Positions 14,987-26,776 of a DNA stretch of 64,000 bases are shown here, in pieces. Below the pieces are notes generated by a model. That model was not told where the DNA came from. It made no database searches and worked only from the letters and a program-made list of their open reading frames with translations. Both the position numbers and the translations under genes were made by a program. Numbering within the stretch: the first letter of the stretch is position 1; every line of letters begins with the position of its first letter. Source of the stretch: the human T2T-CHM13v2.0 reference genome, Homo sapiens; assembly GCF_009914755.1 (NCBI RefSeq), contig NC_060941.1, one strand, 5' to 3'.

Positions 14987-16659
14987 CAGGCAGGGCCCTC
15001 AGGACTGGGAGCCTCTGGGAAAGGAACTCCTGGGTAGCACTCGGGCTGCCGGGGGAAGACCCTCCCTTCATTCGCTTACAGAGAGGGGTGTGAATTCCTG
15101 AGACTCGGGGTGTCCCTGCAAATGTTACACCAAAACTCTCTCCATTAGGTACAAGGTCCCCTAAACCGAACCTGGGGAAAATTAATTAATTTGTCAGTTG
15201 TATCAGCCGATTAGTCAATAACGTCTTTAAAACCAAAGTTACAGATATATGCCCGTAGCGTCGGAGCTGTGGGACTCTCCAGCTGGTACATATGCCCGTG
15301 GTGTCGGAGCTGTGGGACTCTCCAGCTGTTGCTGTCTGTCTCTGCCTCAGTTCTGTCGGCCTTTCCTTCACGTGTTTTGGGCGGGGTCACTTATTGGAGG
15401 CAGATACACTTTCGCTTTTTGTCTCTTCCTAATGTATTGACCCTTTATCTTTGCGGAACGGCCCTCATTGTCTCGTGTGAGATTTCTTGCCTTAAAGTAA
15501 CTGATGACTGGTGTAGTACCTGAGTTGGCAAGCCTTTTCTTTGAGGGGCTGGATAAACGTGGTAGATCTCTGTTCCATACGCTTTGCTTTAGTTTATTTT
15601 ATTTAGTTTATGTAACCCTTGAAAAATGTGAAAACCATTCTTAGCTGAGGGCCGTCCTTACGCGAAGAGGCCTCGGGCTGGGCTTGCGGCTGCAGACTGC
15701 ATTGCCTCCGCTTCTCAGGTGCTTTGTCTTTTCTGTTCCCTCAGAGTTGCAGGCGATGGTCTTCTAGACAGCATGCAGTTGGGTGTCGCTCAGGGTGTGG
15801 AGTCCTGGCACATGAGACGCCACCTGCCTCGAAGAGCTCTTTGTTTACCGTTAGAAGTGGACCCTGAGCAGGGCCCTCGGCCGACACCAGAGGGGCTGTG
15901 GCAGGTGGTCCTGCCAGCGCGGGCGTCTGCCATTGTGCCTGGTTTCACTGTGGTGCTGTGGGTTTGGTGTTTTTAAATAATTAGAGGACAGACACCCGCC
16001 TTCTGCATGTTTTCACCTTCACATTTTGCTTCTTTGTTGTTACATGGTCGCCCTCATGATGATTTTAAGTCAGGACCACTTGCTGCTCCAGCTGGGTCTG
16101 GAGGGGCTGGGGCATGAGCTCTGCGGGTCGCTCCCAGCTTGACCATCTGCCTCTGCATGGAGCTCTGGAAGGAGGGGTGGGCTCAGGAGGGGCTCCAGCC
16201 TCTTGAGCCGGTCCTGGGTCAGCCTTTCGCGATCCGCATGTTCAACCATGGGTGCTTTCAGTGTGTGTCTGATGAGGCAGTTATTGGATATGTGCCCCAG
16301 ATTTGGTGGGTGAGCCTCAGGAAATTCCTTCTGTTCACCCCTTGTAATCGTGGAGGGGTGGTTTCACGTGGCTCTATCTCACACTCACAACCTCAGAGTA
16401 GCGTGGGGGTGGGGAGGCCGGACACCCAATTGCCACCTGGCCCTGAGAAGGAAAGGCAGCTGTGTCCCAAGAAGAACCGTGGTTAGCCGTGTGACCTCGC
16501 TGTTGTAGACTGTCCTTGTCGTCTGTTGGAGTCGGAGGTTCTTGTACTGGTTCGTGTGAGTGAGTGAGTGAGCCTCTGCTAAGTGGCCGGTTGAGGACTC
16601 GTGTGTTGTCTCCCTCACTTTCTTTTTATGAATTGAATAAAGCTAGAATCATAAAATGA

Positions 16660-16848
<189 letters not shown>

Positions 16849-17037
16849 TGAAAATAAGGTTGTGCTTCTGTCTTGGTGAGAAGCATCTGAGGAAAGAGCT
16901 GTGGACTTGATCAGTGGATAGGCTGTGAGGACGGATGCGGTGAGTGTGTCCGCCTGCAGGGCAGGGAGCCGCTGAACTGTGTTACGTACACCGGAGCCCG
17001 TGATGGTCCCGCCGGATGCCTGACATGCAGTGCTGCT

Positions 17038-17696
17038 TCCCTGGTCTCTAGGTGGCTCGCACCTGCCACACGACACTCCCTGGTCTCTAGGTGGCTCGCA
17101 CCTGCCACACGACACTCCCTGGTCTCTAGGTGGCTCGCACCTGCCACACGACACTCCCTGGTCTCTAGGTGGCTCGCACCTGCCACACGACACTCCCTGG
17201 TCTCTAGGTGGCTCGCACCTGCCACACGACACTCCCTGGTCTCTAGGTGGCTCGCACCTGCCACACGACACTCCCTGGTCTCTAGGTGGCTCGCACCTGC
17301 CACACGACACTCCCTGGTCTCTAGGTGGCTCGCACCTGCCACACGACACTCCCTGGTCTCTAGGTGGCTCGCACCTGCCACACGACACTCCCTGGTCTTT
17401 GGTTGGCATGCACCTGCCACACAACACTCCTTGGTCTCTAGGTGGCTTCCATCTGCCACACGACACTCCCTGGTCTCTGGTTGGCATGCACCTGCCACAC
17501 GACACTCCTTGGTCTTTAGGTGGCTTGCACCTGCCACACGACACTCCTTGGTCTCTAGGTGGCTTCCATCTGCCACACGACACTCCCTGGTCTCTAGGTG
17601 GCTTGCACCTGCCACACGACACTCCTTGGTCTCTAGGTGGCTTCCATCTGCCACACGACGCTCCCTGGTCTCTAGGTGGCTTGCACCTGCCACACG
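17038..17696. repeat. 39-bp VNTR, 17 copies
   Basis: ctggtctctaggtggctcgcacctgccacacgacactcc; 13-aa periodic ORFs on both strands. Confidence 0.97.
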
Positions 17697-18722
17697 TGAA
17701 TGCACTTTGGAATTGGGCAGCGTGTATAGAAAGAAAAGGCCTGAATGGGAGACTCAAAGTCTGCCCAGGACTAACATCACCTTGGAATGGCTCAGCTAAG
17801 TCTGCACTTCTTACACTTCATCAGTGAAGAGAGAAATCCTGTTTGTTCTGTCTTGTTTTTTTCTACTTGGAATAAATAATCATCTGACTTAAATGTGGGG
17901 AAGAATACACACATTTCTCAATGTGTGTACCGTCACTCCCCCGACATTTATTACAGGGGCTACACTGGAGGCTGGATTGTGGCTCTTCAGTGGAGTTACT
18001 GATGTGACGCCTGTGTTGAACATCCTGTGGGGGCTCGTTCATTCCTAAGGGATCTTTCAGCTTCGTGATCTGTTAATGAGGCATCCACGTCACGGGTTTA
18101 GTGTGGCGCTCCCCTACTTTTCAGTGATAATTAACCCTTGCTGACACTGAGGGGGCTCAGCTTTGTCCTCCACCCGGTTGAAGAGCACGGACACCCAGAA
18201 CAGGACTGTGACCTTTTGTAGATTTCTCTGATTCTCGAAAATCCGATCACCCCCAGCCGCCACATCTTAGCCTCTCTGATTCTCAAACCATCGCAAGCCT
18301 GGCAGCACTTGGGGAGGCTTAGGCTCGGGGAGCTTGGTTTCCCCACGCAGGTGTGGCAGAGCCGCCTCCCTCTGCGTCCGTGAGGGTTCTGAGGAGTCTG
18401 TGCTTTCTGAGCAAACTCAGAGTAGAGGCACCACCCCTGGGGGCAGCCCTGCCTCTGTCCTGCTCCGCCCCCTCCACCGCCCAGGCAGCCAGGCAGAGCT
18501 CCTGCCAGGACCAGAGGCCACCCTACACCGACAGGGAAGGCCTGGGGAGTGTGTCGTCCTCCTCCATGCTCCCTCTCCTGTCTGAGTTACCCACCCCGTC
18601 TGGGGCACTTGGGAGCGGGCCATGTCCAGCACACCGCAGCCTCCGTCCTGTTGCCCTTGGTGTCTCAGGGGCCATCTGCATCACCACGGGTGCCGTCCTG
18701 GGCACTGGGGTGATGACCCTGA

Positions 18723-19205
<483 letters not shown>

Positions 19206-19879
19206 TAGGAAGAGTGGGTCTCGAGGAGACACAGGGCTCTGTCCCTGATCCCCTCACCATGTAATCACAGTGCTCTCCAGTTCGAGACTCTCTCATCCCT
19301 TCTCATTTTTGTTTATCTGCACCAGTGTCACAGTCGATAGGCCCCAGGTTGTATTGATGGAGTGTGTAAGTGGCCCTCTCTCCTGACGGTCATGCCGCGG
19401 GTGGACCACCCACCTCTTCAGCGGGGCGGGTGCAGCACCCGGATGGGCCGGGCATCTCCCCACGGCTGTCCTGCCCCTGCTGCCTCCTTGTGCACCTCCT
19501 GGTCTCAGAGGTGACAAGCGAGGTCATAACAGCAAAGGTCCTTTTTCCAAGACGGCATTGAGCGACTTGCATGTTCAGTATCCTTTCTTCATCACGTTCC
19601 ATAGTTTAAAATGCCAGAGAATATACACGTTTCTTTTGAATTTTTCAGTTGGCTATGTTTGTACAAATAATAATAAAGCATGAAAAACATGGGGTCACTG
19701 GGAAGTTGTGTGCAGGAGGCTGTAAGGCATCGACTGTCGTCTTACGTTTCTTCCCAGTCGAGTCTTCCTCAAGAGTAAGAACTCCCGGACTTACCATAGT
19801 GACGGCAACCTGCTTCTCGGACTCCAGTTTAAGAAACGTTTTTAAGTTCATGCCCTGTGCTGGAGACAGTTCCCTGGGA

Positions 19880-20480
19880 ACGGGTTGAGAGCAGGGTATG
19901 GGCCCACCTCCCGCCCAAGCCTGAGGAAGCTCTGGTCAGCCCCGAGCTCAGATGCAGAGTGCAGCTCCTTCAGGGACGCTCGCTCGTGTGGGTGCAGCTG
20001 ATGCCCGTGCAAGACCTGGCCTTTATGGCGCTGCTCTGTGGTTGTGGAAGAAGGCACATGGGGTGGGGTCTGGGGAGAACCAGGCGGGAGCTCCCAGGGT
20101 CCTCCAGTCGGGTCCCACAGGGCCTGTGTCATTCCCCCAGCAGTGAGATGTGACCACACCTGTGAGGTGTCTATCAGGGAAGCACATTTGAGCCTCAGTG
20201 CCCAGGCTAGACTGGGGTCTGGCCACGTGGGCACCTCCGCCTGGCACGAAACAAAATTCCAGACCCCCAGCAGGAAAGCAGGTGCCAGCGTAAAGCACAC
20301 GGTTTGCGCAGATTGAGCCAGTGAGGGGGCCTCATGAGGCAGGGCTTGGTCCAGGCCCCCGCATGCCAGCCCAGGTCTGATCTCGCCAGGGACCTTCCCT
20401 TGGATGTCAGTGGACATGAGCTGTCGTCTCAGCCTCACCTGGACCTGTCTGTTTTCCAAGGTGGTCACATTGGCAGGGGT
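19880..20480. mobile_element. MER21-like LTR remnant (approximate)
   Basis: acctgtgaggtgtctatcagggaagcacatttgagcctcagtgcccagg resembles MER21 as recalled. Confidence 0.5.
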
Positions 20481-20551
20481 CACAGCTTTAAGGGGATGCC
20501 CTAACATCCTCTTCCTTTGACCAGGCACTGCTTCATCTAAAATCACAAATG

Positions 20552-20690
20552 GGCCAGGCATAGTGGCTCACGCCTGTAATCCCAGCTATTTAGGAGGCGG
20601 AGGTGGGGGGATTGTTAGGGCCCAGGAGTTTGAGACCAGCCTGGGCAACATAGTGAGACCCCATCTCTAAAATAACAAAACAATGCAATG
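20552..20690 (+). mobile_element. Alu monomer (FLAM-like)
   Basis: single arm ggccaggcatagtggctc...gagaccccatctct + A-rich tail. Confidence 0.85.
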
Positions 20691-20911
20691 TAAAACAATA
20701 CAGTAGAATACAAAAATAATCGGAGGTATGTCCTGCAGAGGTCTCTGGGACCCACTGGGACCTGAACAAGAATGAGACCTTGCTGAGCCTATGCTCCTCC
20801 GAGTGTACTTGGGGTTAGGGTCTTGGGGAGTGTGGCCTCAGCTCCTCCGAGTGTACTCGGGGTTAGGGTCTTGGGGAGTGTGACTTCAGCTCTGTGTTTG
20901 AACTTCTGCAG

Positions 20912-20972
20912 GCCCGTCACGGACCATCTGGACGAGCAGGCAGTGCAGGGCCTGAAGCAGATTCACCAGCAG
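20912..20972 (+). CDS. TBCD: TBCD exon 21, PVTDHLDEQAVQGLKQIHQQ
   Basis: ttctgcag| ... CAG|gtttgt; 61 nt. Confidence 0.95.
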
Positions 20973-22435
20973 GTTTGTGTGCAGCCTCTGGGTGTACCCT
21001 CAGGAGGCATCACAGGACCTGCCCCCTTAGGGCCTCCCACCCTCCCCAGGCAGGGTCTGCAGTCCTGGTGGCCACTGTGCTCCATCAGTCCTGGGCTCAG
21101 TGGGGGACCTGCGGTGTGATCACTCTGGGAACAGGCTCTCTGCTGGCGTCATGCTTGTGAACAGCCACCTTGGAGGGTTGCCCTGGGAGGGGAAGAGACT
21201 CCTAGGAAATGAGTGCAGACTTTCTGTGCACGTAGCCAGCATGTCCTTGGTCTCTGAGGAAGGCTTATGAAGCTAGTGCAGTCGGTGGAGGTTTCGGCTG
21301 CAGCTGGAGTGTGGTTTCCCTCCGGGGCGCGCGGCTGCGGTCCCACGATGGAGCGTGCAGCCAACTCTGGGTGGGGGCATTGGGCCCCGTGCTCTCCTGG
21401 TGGAGTTGGGGGCACACAGAACGAGCACAGAAGCCTCTGGTTTCCAGCCGTGCATCTGCAGCTGGGGTCTGATGTCTCCTGAAAGTAAAGCAGAATTTTG
21501 TGTGTGCGTCTGTCGGATTTCTCTGGGGAGACAGTGTGTTCATCTTTCTGGGCTTTGAGAGATTCTCAAAGGCTTCTGTGACCCAGAGGTAAAGTATGAA
21601 CTATGGATCTTGGTGTTACAGGAGAATATAAAAATTGTTCACGAGGGATTACGTGGTTTACTTGTCTGTTGTCCAGATAGCTTTATATTCTTTAAGATTC
21701 AGCTCGGATTCTTATCCTATTTTTGCCATTAACTTTCATTATGATTTTGGCAAAGCCATTTTGTTTGCTTACATTTTTCACTTTTAATGTGGTGTCTGGC
21801 CTCCCCCTCTGACCGAGACAAGCATGGCTGCAGAGTGCAGACGGGGAGGTGGCCCCGGGCAGCAGCCATGAACGTGGCCTCCCCACTGACGCTGAGCCAT
21901 GGCTCCCTTTTTTCAGTAAAATATAAGCAGTAATAGAGCCGATCTCCTTGAGTTTTTGTGAGAATTAAAGAATACATTTTAAAGAATTGAGGAGAATTTT
22001 TGGCACAGTGTGAGCATTCAGTAAATTTTAGTTGTAGTGGCCATCACAACGTGGCTTTTAAGCTCTCTTACAAAAAAAGAAACATCAGCATCCTGTTTGG
22101 CACAGTTACTTTTCTGCACAAGAGGCTGCCTGGGTGGGTTCTACGTCGGTCTCTGGGGCCAGAATGCAGGTGGCTCCAGCTCCCTACTCTGGCCCTCTCC
22201 TCCCTCTCTCTGTGCCTCAGTTTCCCCTTCAAGGGAGCTCTGGGCCTGTCTGGAGGTTAAACAAGGCCATCTGCGTCAGTAGGTGGGCCTCCGTCCTCAG
22301 CCCCCTAGGCGGCTCTCCTGGCTGGCATGGCATCTTCTGCCATTTTCTCTTTGTTCTTGTTTTTGACAGTTGTTAACGTATACGTATTATTTTAAAATTT
22401 AAATCATTAAATAACTTTCAGTTTTTTATTTTCAG

Positions 22436-22458
22436 CTCTATGATCGTCAGTTATACAG
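22436..22458 (+). CDS. TBCD: TBCD exon 22 (23-nt microexon), LYDRQLYR
   Basis: ttttcag|CTCTATGATCGTCAGTTATACAG|gtgagc; required to keep frame. Confidence 0.93.
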
Positions 22459-22559
22459 GTGAGCTTTACAAAACCAAAGTTCTTATATCTGTGTCCTAAT
22501 GAAGAACTGCGCTGTCAGGAGCAGGCGGGGCGGGTGTGTTCGCTTCCCTCTCTGCCTAT

Positions 22560-22898
22560 GTGTGTTTGGGTTGAGCGGGTGGGTGTCACCCGGCCCGCTG
22601 TGGGAGGCGCATGAGGGTCTGACCTGGTTGTGTGATTGGGTTGAGTGGGTGTCACCTGGCCCACTGTGGGAGGTGCATGAGGGTCTGACCTGGTTGTGTG
22701 TTTGGGTTGAGCGGGTGGGTGTCACCCGGCCCGCTGTGGGAGGCGCATGAGGGTCTGACCTGGTTGTGTGATTGGGTTGAGTGGGTGTCACCCGGCCCGT
22801 TGTGGGAGGCGCGTGAGGGTCTGACCTGGTTGTGTGATTGGGTTGAGCGGGTGTCACCCGGCCCGCTGTGGGAGGCGCGTGAGGTTCTGACCTGGTTA
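22560..22898. repeat. 66-70-bp GT-rich VNTR, about 5 copies
   Basis: gggtgtcacc recurs at 22581, 22647, 22717, 22783, 22848. Confidence 0.92.
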
Positions 22899-23723
22899 GG
22901 TTTTCAGCTCTGCAGGTGTCATCGCGTTTCCTCGTTCCCAGGACTTGCTGGTCATAGGCAGGGGTGTGGCCTCCCCAACCCCGAGATCTGGCCGGGTGCC
23001 TCCCTGAGGGTTTCCCTCTGTGCCTTTGCAGCCCAGGCAGCCTGTCTGCTCTGACAGATTGCTTTGCTTTTTCTAGAATTTGCTACCGAGGGTGTCACAC
23101 AGTAGGAAGCCTTTGGGTGTGGTTTCTTCCCCGACGTGTCTTTGAGATACCTGTGTTGCTGTGTGTTCCGTGGTGTGCATGTACGGCGCCGTGTTATCCA
23201 CTCACCAGCCCAGGCTCATCTGGGTTTCCAGCCTTTGGCTATTGTAGGGAAGCTGCTGTGCACATCTAGACGTACAAGTCTTGGTACGTTTCACGTTTCC
23301 TGGCTGACTACCAGGAGCAGCATCGCAGGGTGTGGGGCACATGTGTGACTTCTCAGCAGCCGAGCCAACTTCCCAGACCCTGCTGCTGCACGTCCCCATC
23401 CACAAGTGACCCCTTGGTGTGGTCGGCTCTGAACGTGGGCCCTCTGGGTGAGTAGAGGCCTCTCGCTGCTGCTGGAGTCTGCCTCTCCCCAGGGCTCCTG
23501 GTGCTGAGCCTCTTTCCCTGTGCTGACGAAGCATTCCTGGGTCTTTCGTGAAGTTTTTTGCTCATTAAAAAGTTCAGACTTTTTGCTCATTAAAAATTTT
23601 ATCGTCTATCTTATTGAGCTGTTAGAACTCTTCATATATTCCAGATGCCAGCTCTTTGTCACACACAGGATCTGCCAGTGCTTTCTCCAGCTCTGTGGTT
23701 CACTTTTCTTTTCTCTTAGTGAC

Positions 23724-24015
23724 TTTTTTTTTTTGGAGAAGCAGTCTCACTCTGTCGCCCAGGCTGGAGTGCAGTGGCAGCATGTCGGCTCACTGCAAGC
23801 TCACCTCCCACATTCAAGCGACTCTCCTGTCTCAGCCTCCCGGGTAGCTGGGACTACAGGTGCCCCCCATCATGCCCACCTAATTTTTGTATTTTTAGGA
23901 GAGACGGGGTTTCACCATGTTGGCCAGGCTGGTCTTGCACTCCTGACCTGAAGCGATCCGCCCGCCTCGGCCTTCCACAGTGCTGGGATTACAGGCTGAG
24001 CCACCGCGCCCAGCC
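23724..24015 (-). mobile_element. Alu (AluS-like)
   Basis: Alu consensus antisense. Confidence 0.93.
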
Positions 24016-24908
24016 TCCTAGTGGCTTTTTACTGGGACTTGTGTGGGGTAGTGAACCTCGTGCTGTTCTCCTTTACCTTCGAGGGGTGAAGCCTCCCTTT
24101 CTGCCTCCTAGTCCTTCCAGGCTGCTCCCAAGAGGTCCCTTGGCTGCTCCCACCAGTTTCTGGCCACCTCCTCAGTCAGCAGGGCGGGTGGCCCTGTTTG
24201 GGCTCCACCCCACACACTGGGCCTGGAGGGCTCCTTCAGGTGCTCCTTGGGGTACTGGAGGACCCCTGCCTTGGGCCTCAGTCCTGTACTCTTCACCTCC
24301 TGGTGTTGGAGCCAGCATTTCATATGTTGCATTCTGTCCAGTTTTCTACTTGCAGGAGGGGACATCCAACCCTGCCACTCTGTGTGGGCCAGAAACCAGG
24401 GTCTCAGGAGTGAATATTTTGCCCTCCCCAGGGCAGCGCGCCTGCCCTTGTGCACCAGGGTCCCGCTGTCAGCGCCAGGGCTGGGGCAGGTGTCCCAGAT
24501 GGGCAGAGCAGCCCGGAGCTCCGCCTAGCTTCGCTCATGGTAGAACCGCAGTGCACTGCTTCTCTAGGCTGGATAGGGGGCTCTTTCTGGCATCTGAGAT
24601 TAGTTTCTATAAAGTAAGAGCTGAGCGCTGCTTGGAATTAGTTCTGTGATGGGATACCAGTCAGGACTAGAATGTCCAGTAAAAATTAAAAATCAGCATC
24701 ACCCCAGCTAGGATGGGAGACCTCTGGAAGATGGCTGTACCACGTTTTTTCCTTTCTTTTCATAAAAGGTTGCTCATGCTCAGTAACACATTCAACTAGT
24801 TCTCATTTTAATGCTTTTTGGAGCGTGAGGTTACATTGGCAAGCATATTTCATGGTGTTTTATACGTCAAGAGGTTCTTCTAATTCTGATGTTTTCATTC
24901 CTTTTCAG

Positions 24909-24940
24909 GGGTCTGGGAGGACAGCTCATGAGACAAGCAG
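24909..24940 (+). CDS. TBCD: TBCD exon 23 (32 nt), GLGGQLMRQA
   Basis: cttttcag| ... CAG|gtaagt. Confidence 0.94.
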
Positions 24941-26552
24941 GTAAGTCTGAAGGCCTTTGCAGCCCTCTGCAGCCCTTTGCCGCAGCCATCGTTGAGGGAG
25001 GTGTGCTCGTGGCGTGCAGGGCGGCCCATTAGCCCCCAGGGTGAAGGGCCGGGTGTGTTTCTTCTGTGGAGGCGGCATCTGTGATGTGCTTGGTTTGTCC
25101 AGTGGTTCCTACGAGGGAGAGATTGAGAGATTGAGATTGAGAGAGAGAAAGAGGAAGTTGTGAGCTGGGAGGGGTTGCACCCAGGAGCCACTGGTTCTGG
25201 AAATTTCTCAGGAAGCAGAGGCAGCTGGGGCAGTGGGGCCAGTGCTTGCCTGTGGACCCAGTGGACATTGCAGATCCCTCCGAGCACGGCCCCAGCGTGG
25301 ACAGAGCAGCCCTGGTCGTGCCCTGTGGACTGAGCAGCGCAGGGACCAAGAGCCGTTTTGGGCGAGCACAGGAAGCTCAGGCGGGGGCAAGAGGAAAGCT
25401 GAGCAGAGGCGAAGCTCCTTACACACCCGAGTCCAGGCGAACCTCTGCGCCTGATTCCCAAGCCTCTGATACCCCCCGGGGGTTAGGACAGTCGGGCATT
25501 TTTTCTTTGCTGATTCTTTTTTAGCATGTGAGGAGGAGGGAAGCGTAGAACACATTTTTTAGACTGTTCCACAGAGTATTAAAGGAAAAGCCTGATTTCA
25601 TAGACATTCCTGATGGCAGCAGCCGACCCCAAGGTCCAGGGAGCTGGATTCCCCGACACAGCTCCTGGGGCCCTGCTGTTGTGGACAGCCCATCCCACGC
25701 CACCCTCAGCCCCTCGCTGTGGGACTGTGAGTGTGAGTGTGGAGGCACAGCTGGTGAGGAAGCTTGGAAAAATCGCGGTTGTGTGCAGACTTTTGCTGAG
25801 GTCTGCGTGGTCTGAGCAGAGGAGAGCAGGCTGGGATTCGGGGAACCCACGGCCGGATGTCAGGGCTGTACCAGCCTCTTGTGCTTTCTGTCCACACCTC
25901 CCAGCCCTGACCTGATAGGGACCTGCCCGAGGCCTGCAGCCATCTATCTCCAGCCAGGCTGGCCGGGCTTCTGTACTGAGAGCAGCCAGCTTGCATTTCT
26001 GCTGGTGTTAGCTCAGTGTTCTCATGAGTCTGATGGACGTCACGGGAAAGTCAATCCTAGAAACGTGAGCCAGTTTCTGTCAGCTGACGTCAGAGGCATG
26101 GGACTGCCAGTTCTGCAGGTGGTCCCTGTTGGCTAAGACCGGTGTGTCATGTTTTGGATGTAGACTTGGTCATTGTCCCTCAGATGCCTCCAGAGCACAC
26201 GGTGCAGGGGTGTCACCTTTCCGACGTACCCATGGGTGCCCGGAGTTGCCTCCTTAGTGGGATCAAGACCATCCCCCACATGTCATGGACAGCTGGTGAC
26301 CTGTAAGCCGTTTCTGGATCTAGGAGTTTGGCTTGGGATGGAGTGGGGTGTCGAGTGCTCTCAGAAGGGTTCAATGTCCCCCACTTCCCACCCACGACAC
26401 GGGTCGTGCCCTGGAGATGGCAGTTGGAGGCAGTCCTACGACCTTCACACGACCTTCACGTGCTCCCCGTGTGCTGCGGGGTCTGCTTTTAGGGTCGCTC
26501 TTGGTGTTTGAGCAGTAAGTCTGCACAGGAGCCACTGCCCACCATGAAAGGG

Positions 26553-26776
26553 GGGAGTTAAAGGCGTTCCGAATCCCTTTGGCCAACGACGGAGTTGAAG
26601 GTGTTCTGAGTCCCCGTGGCCGGCGGCGACAGAGTTGAAGGCGTTTGGAGTCCCCGTGGCTGGCGGTGATGGAGTTGAAGGCGTTCCGAATCCCCGTGGC
26701 CGGTGGTGACGGAGTTGAAGGCGTTCCGAGTCCCTGTGGCTGGCGGCGATGGAGTTGAATGCGTTCCGAGTCCCCA
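26553..26776. repeat. 40-bp CpG-rich VNTR, about 5.5 copies
   Basis: ggagttgaaggcgttccgagtccccgtggccggcggcgac. Confidence 0.9.

Noticed and set aside
17038-17696. CRISPR-like array appearance
   Set aside because: Units are contiguous with no unique spacers, in a human intron with no cas genes
23520-24649. 143-aa and 291-aa ORFs
   Set aside because: Start in or span an antisense Alu and low-complexity GC-rich intron
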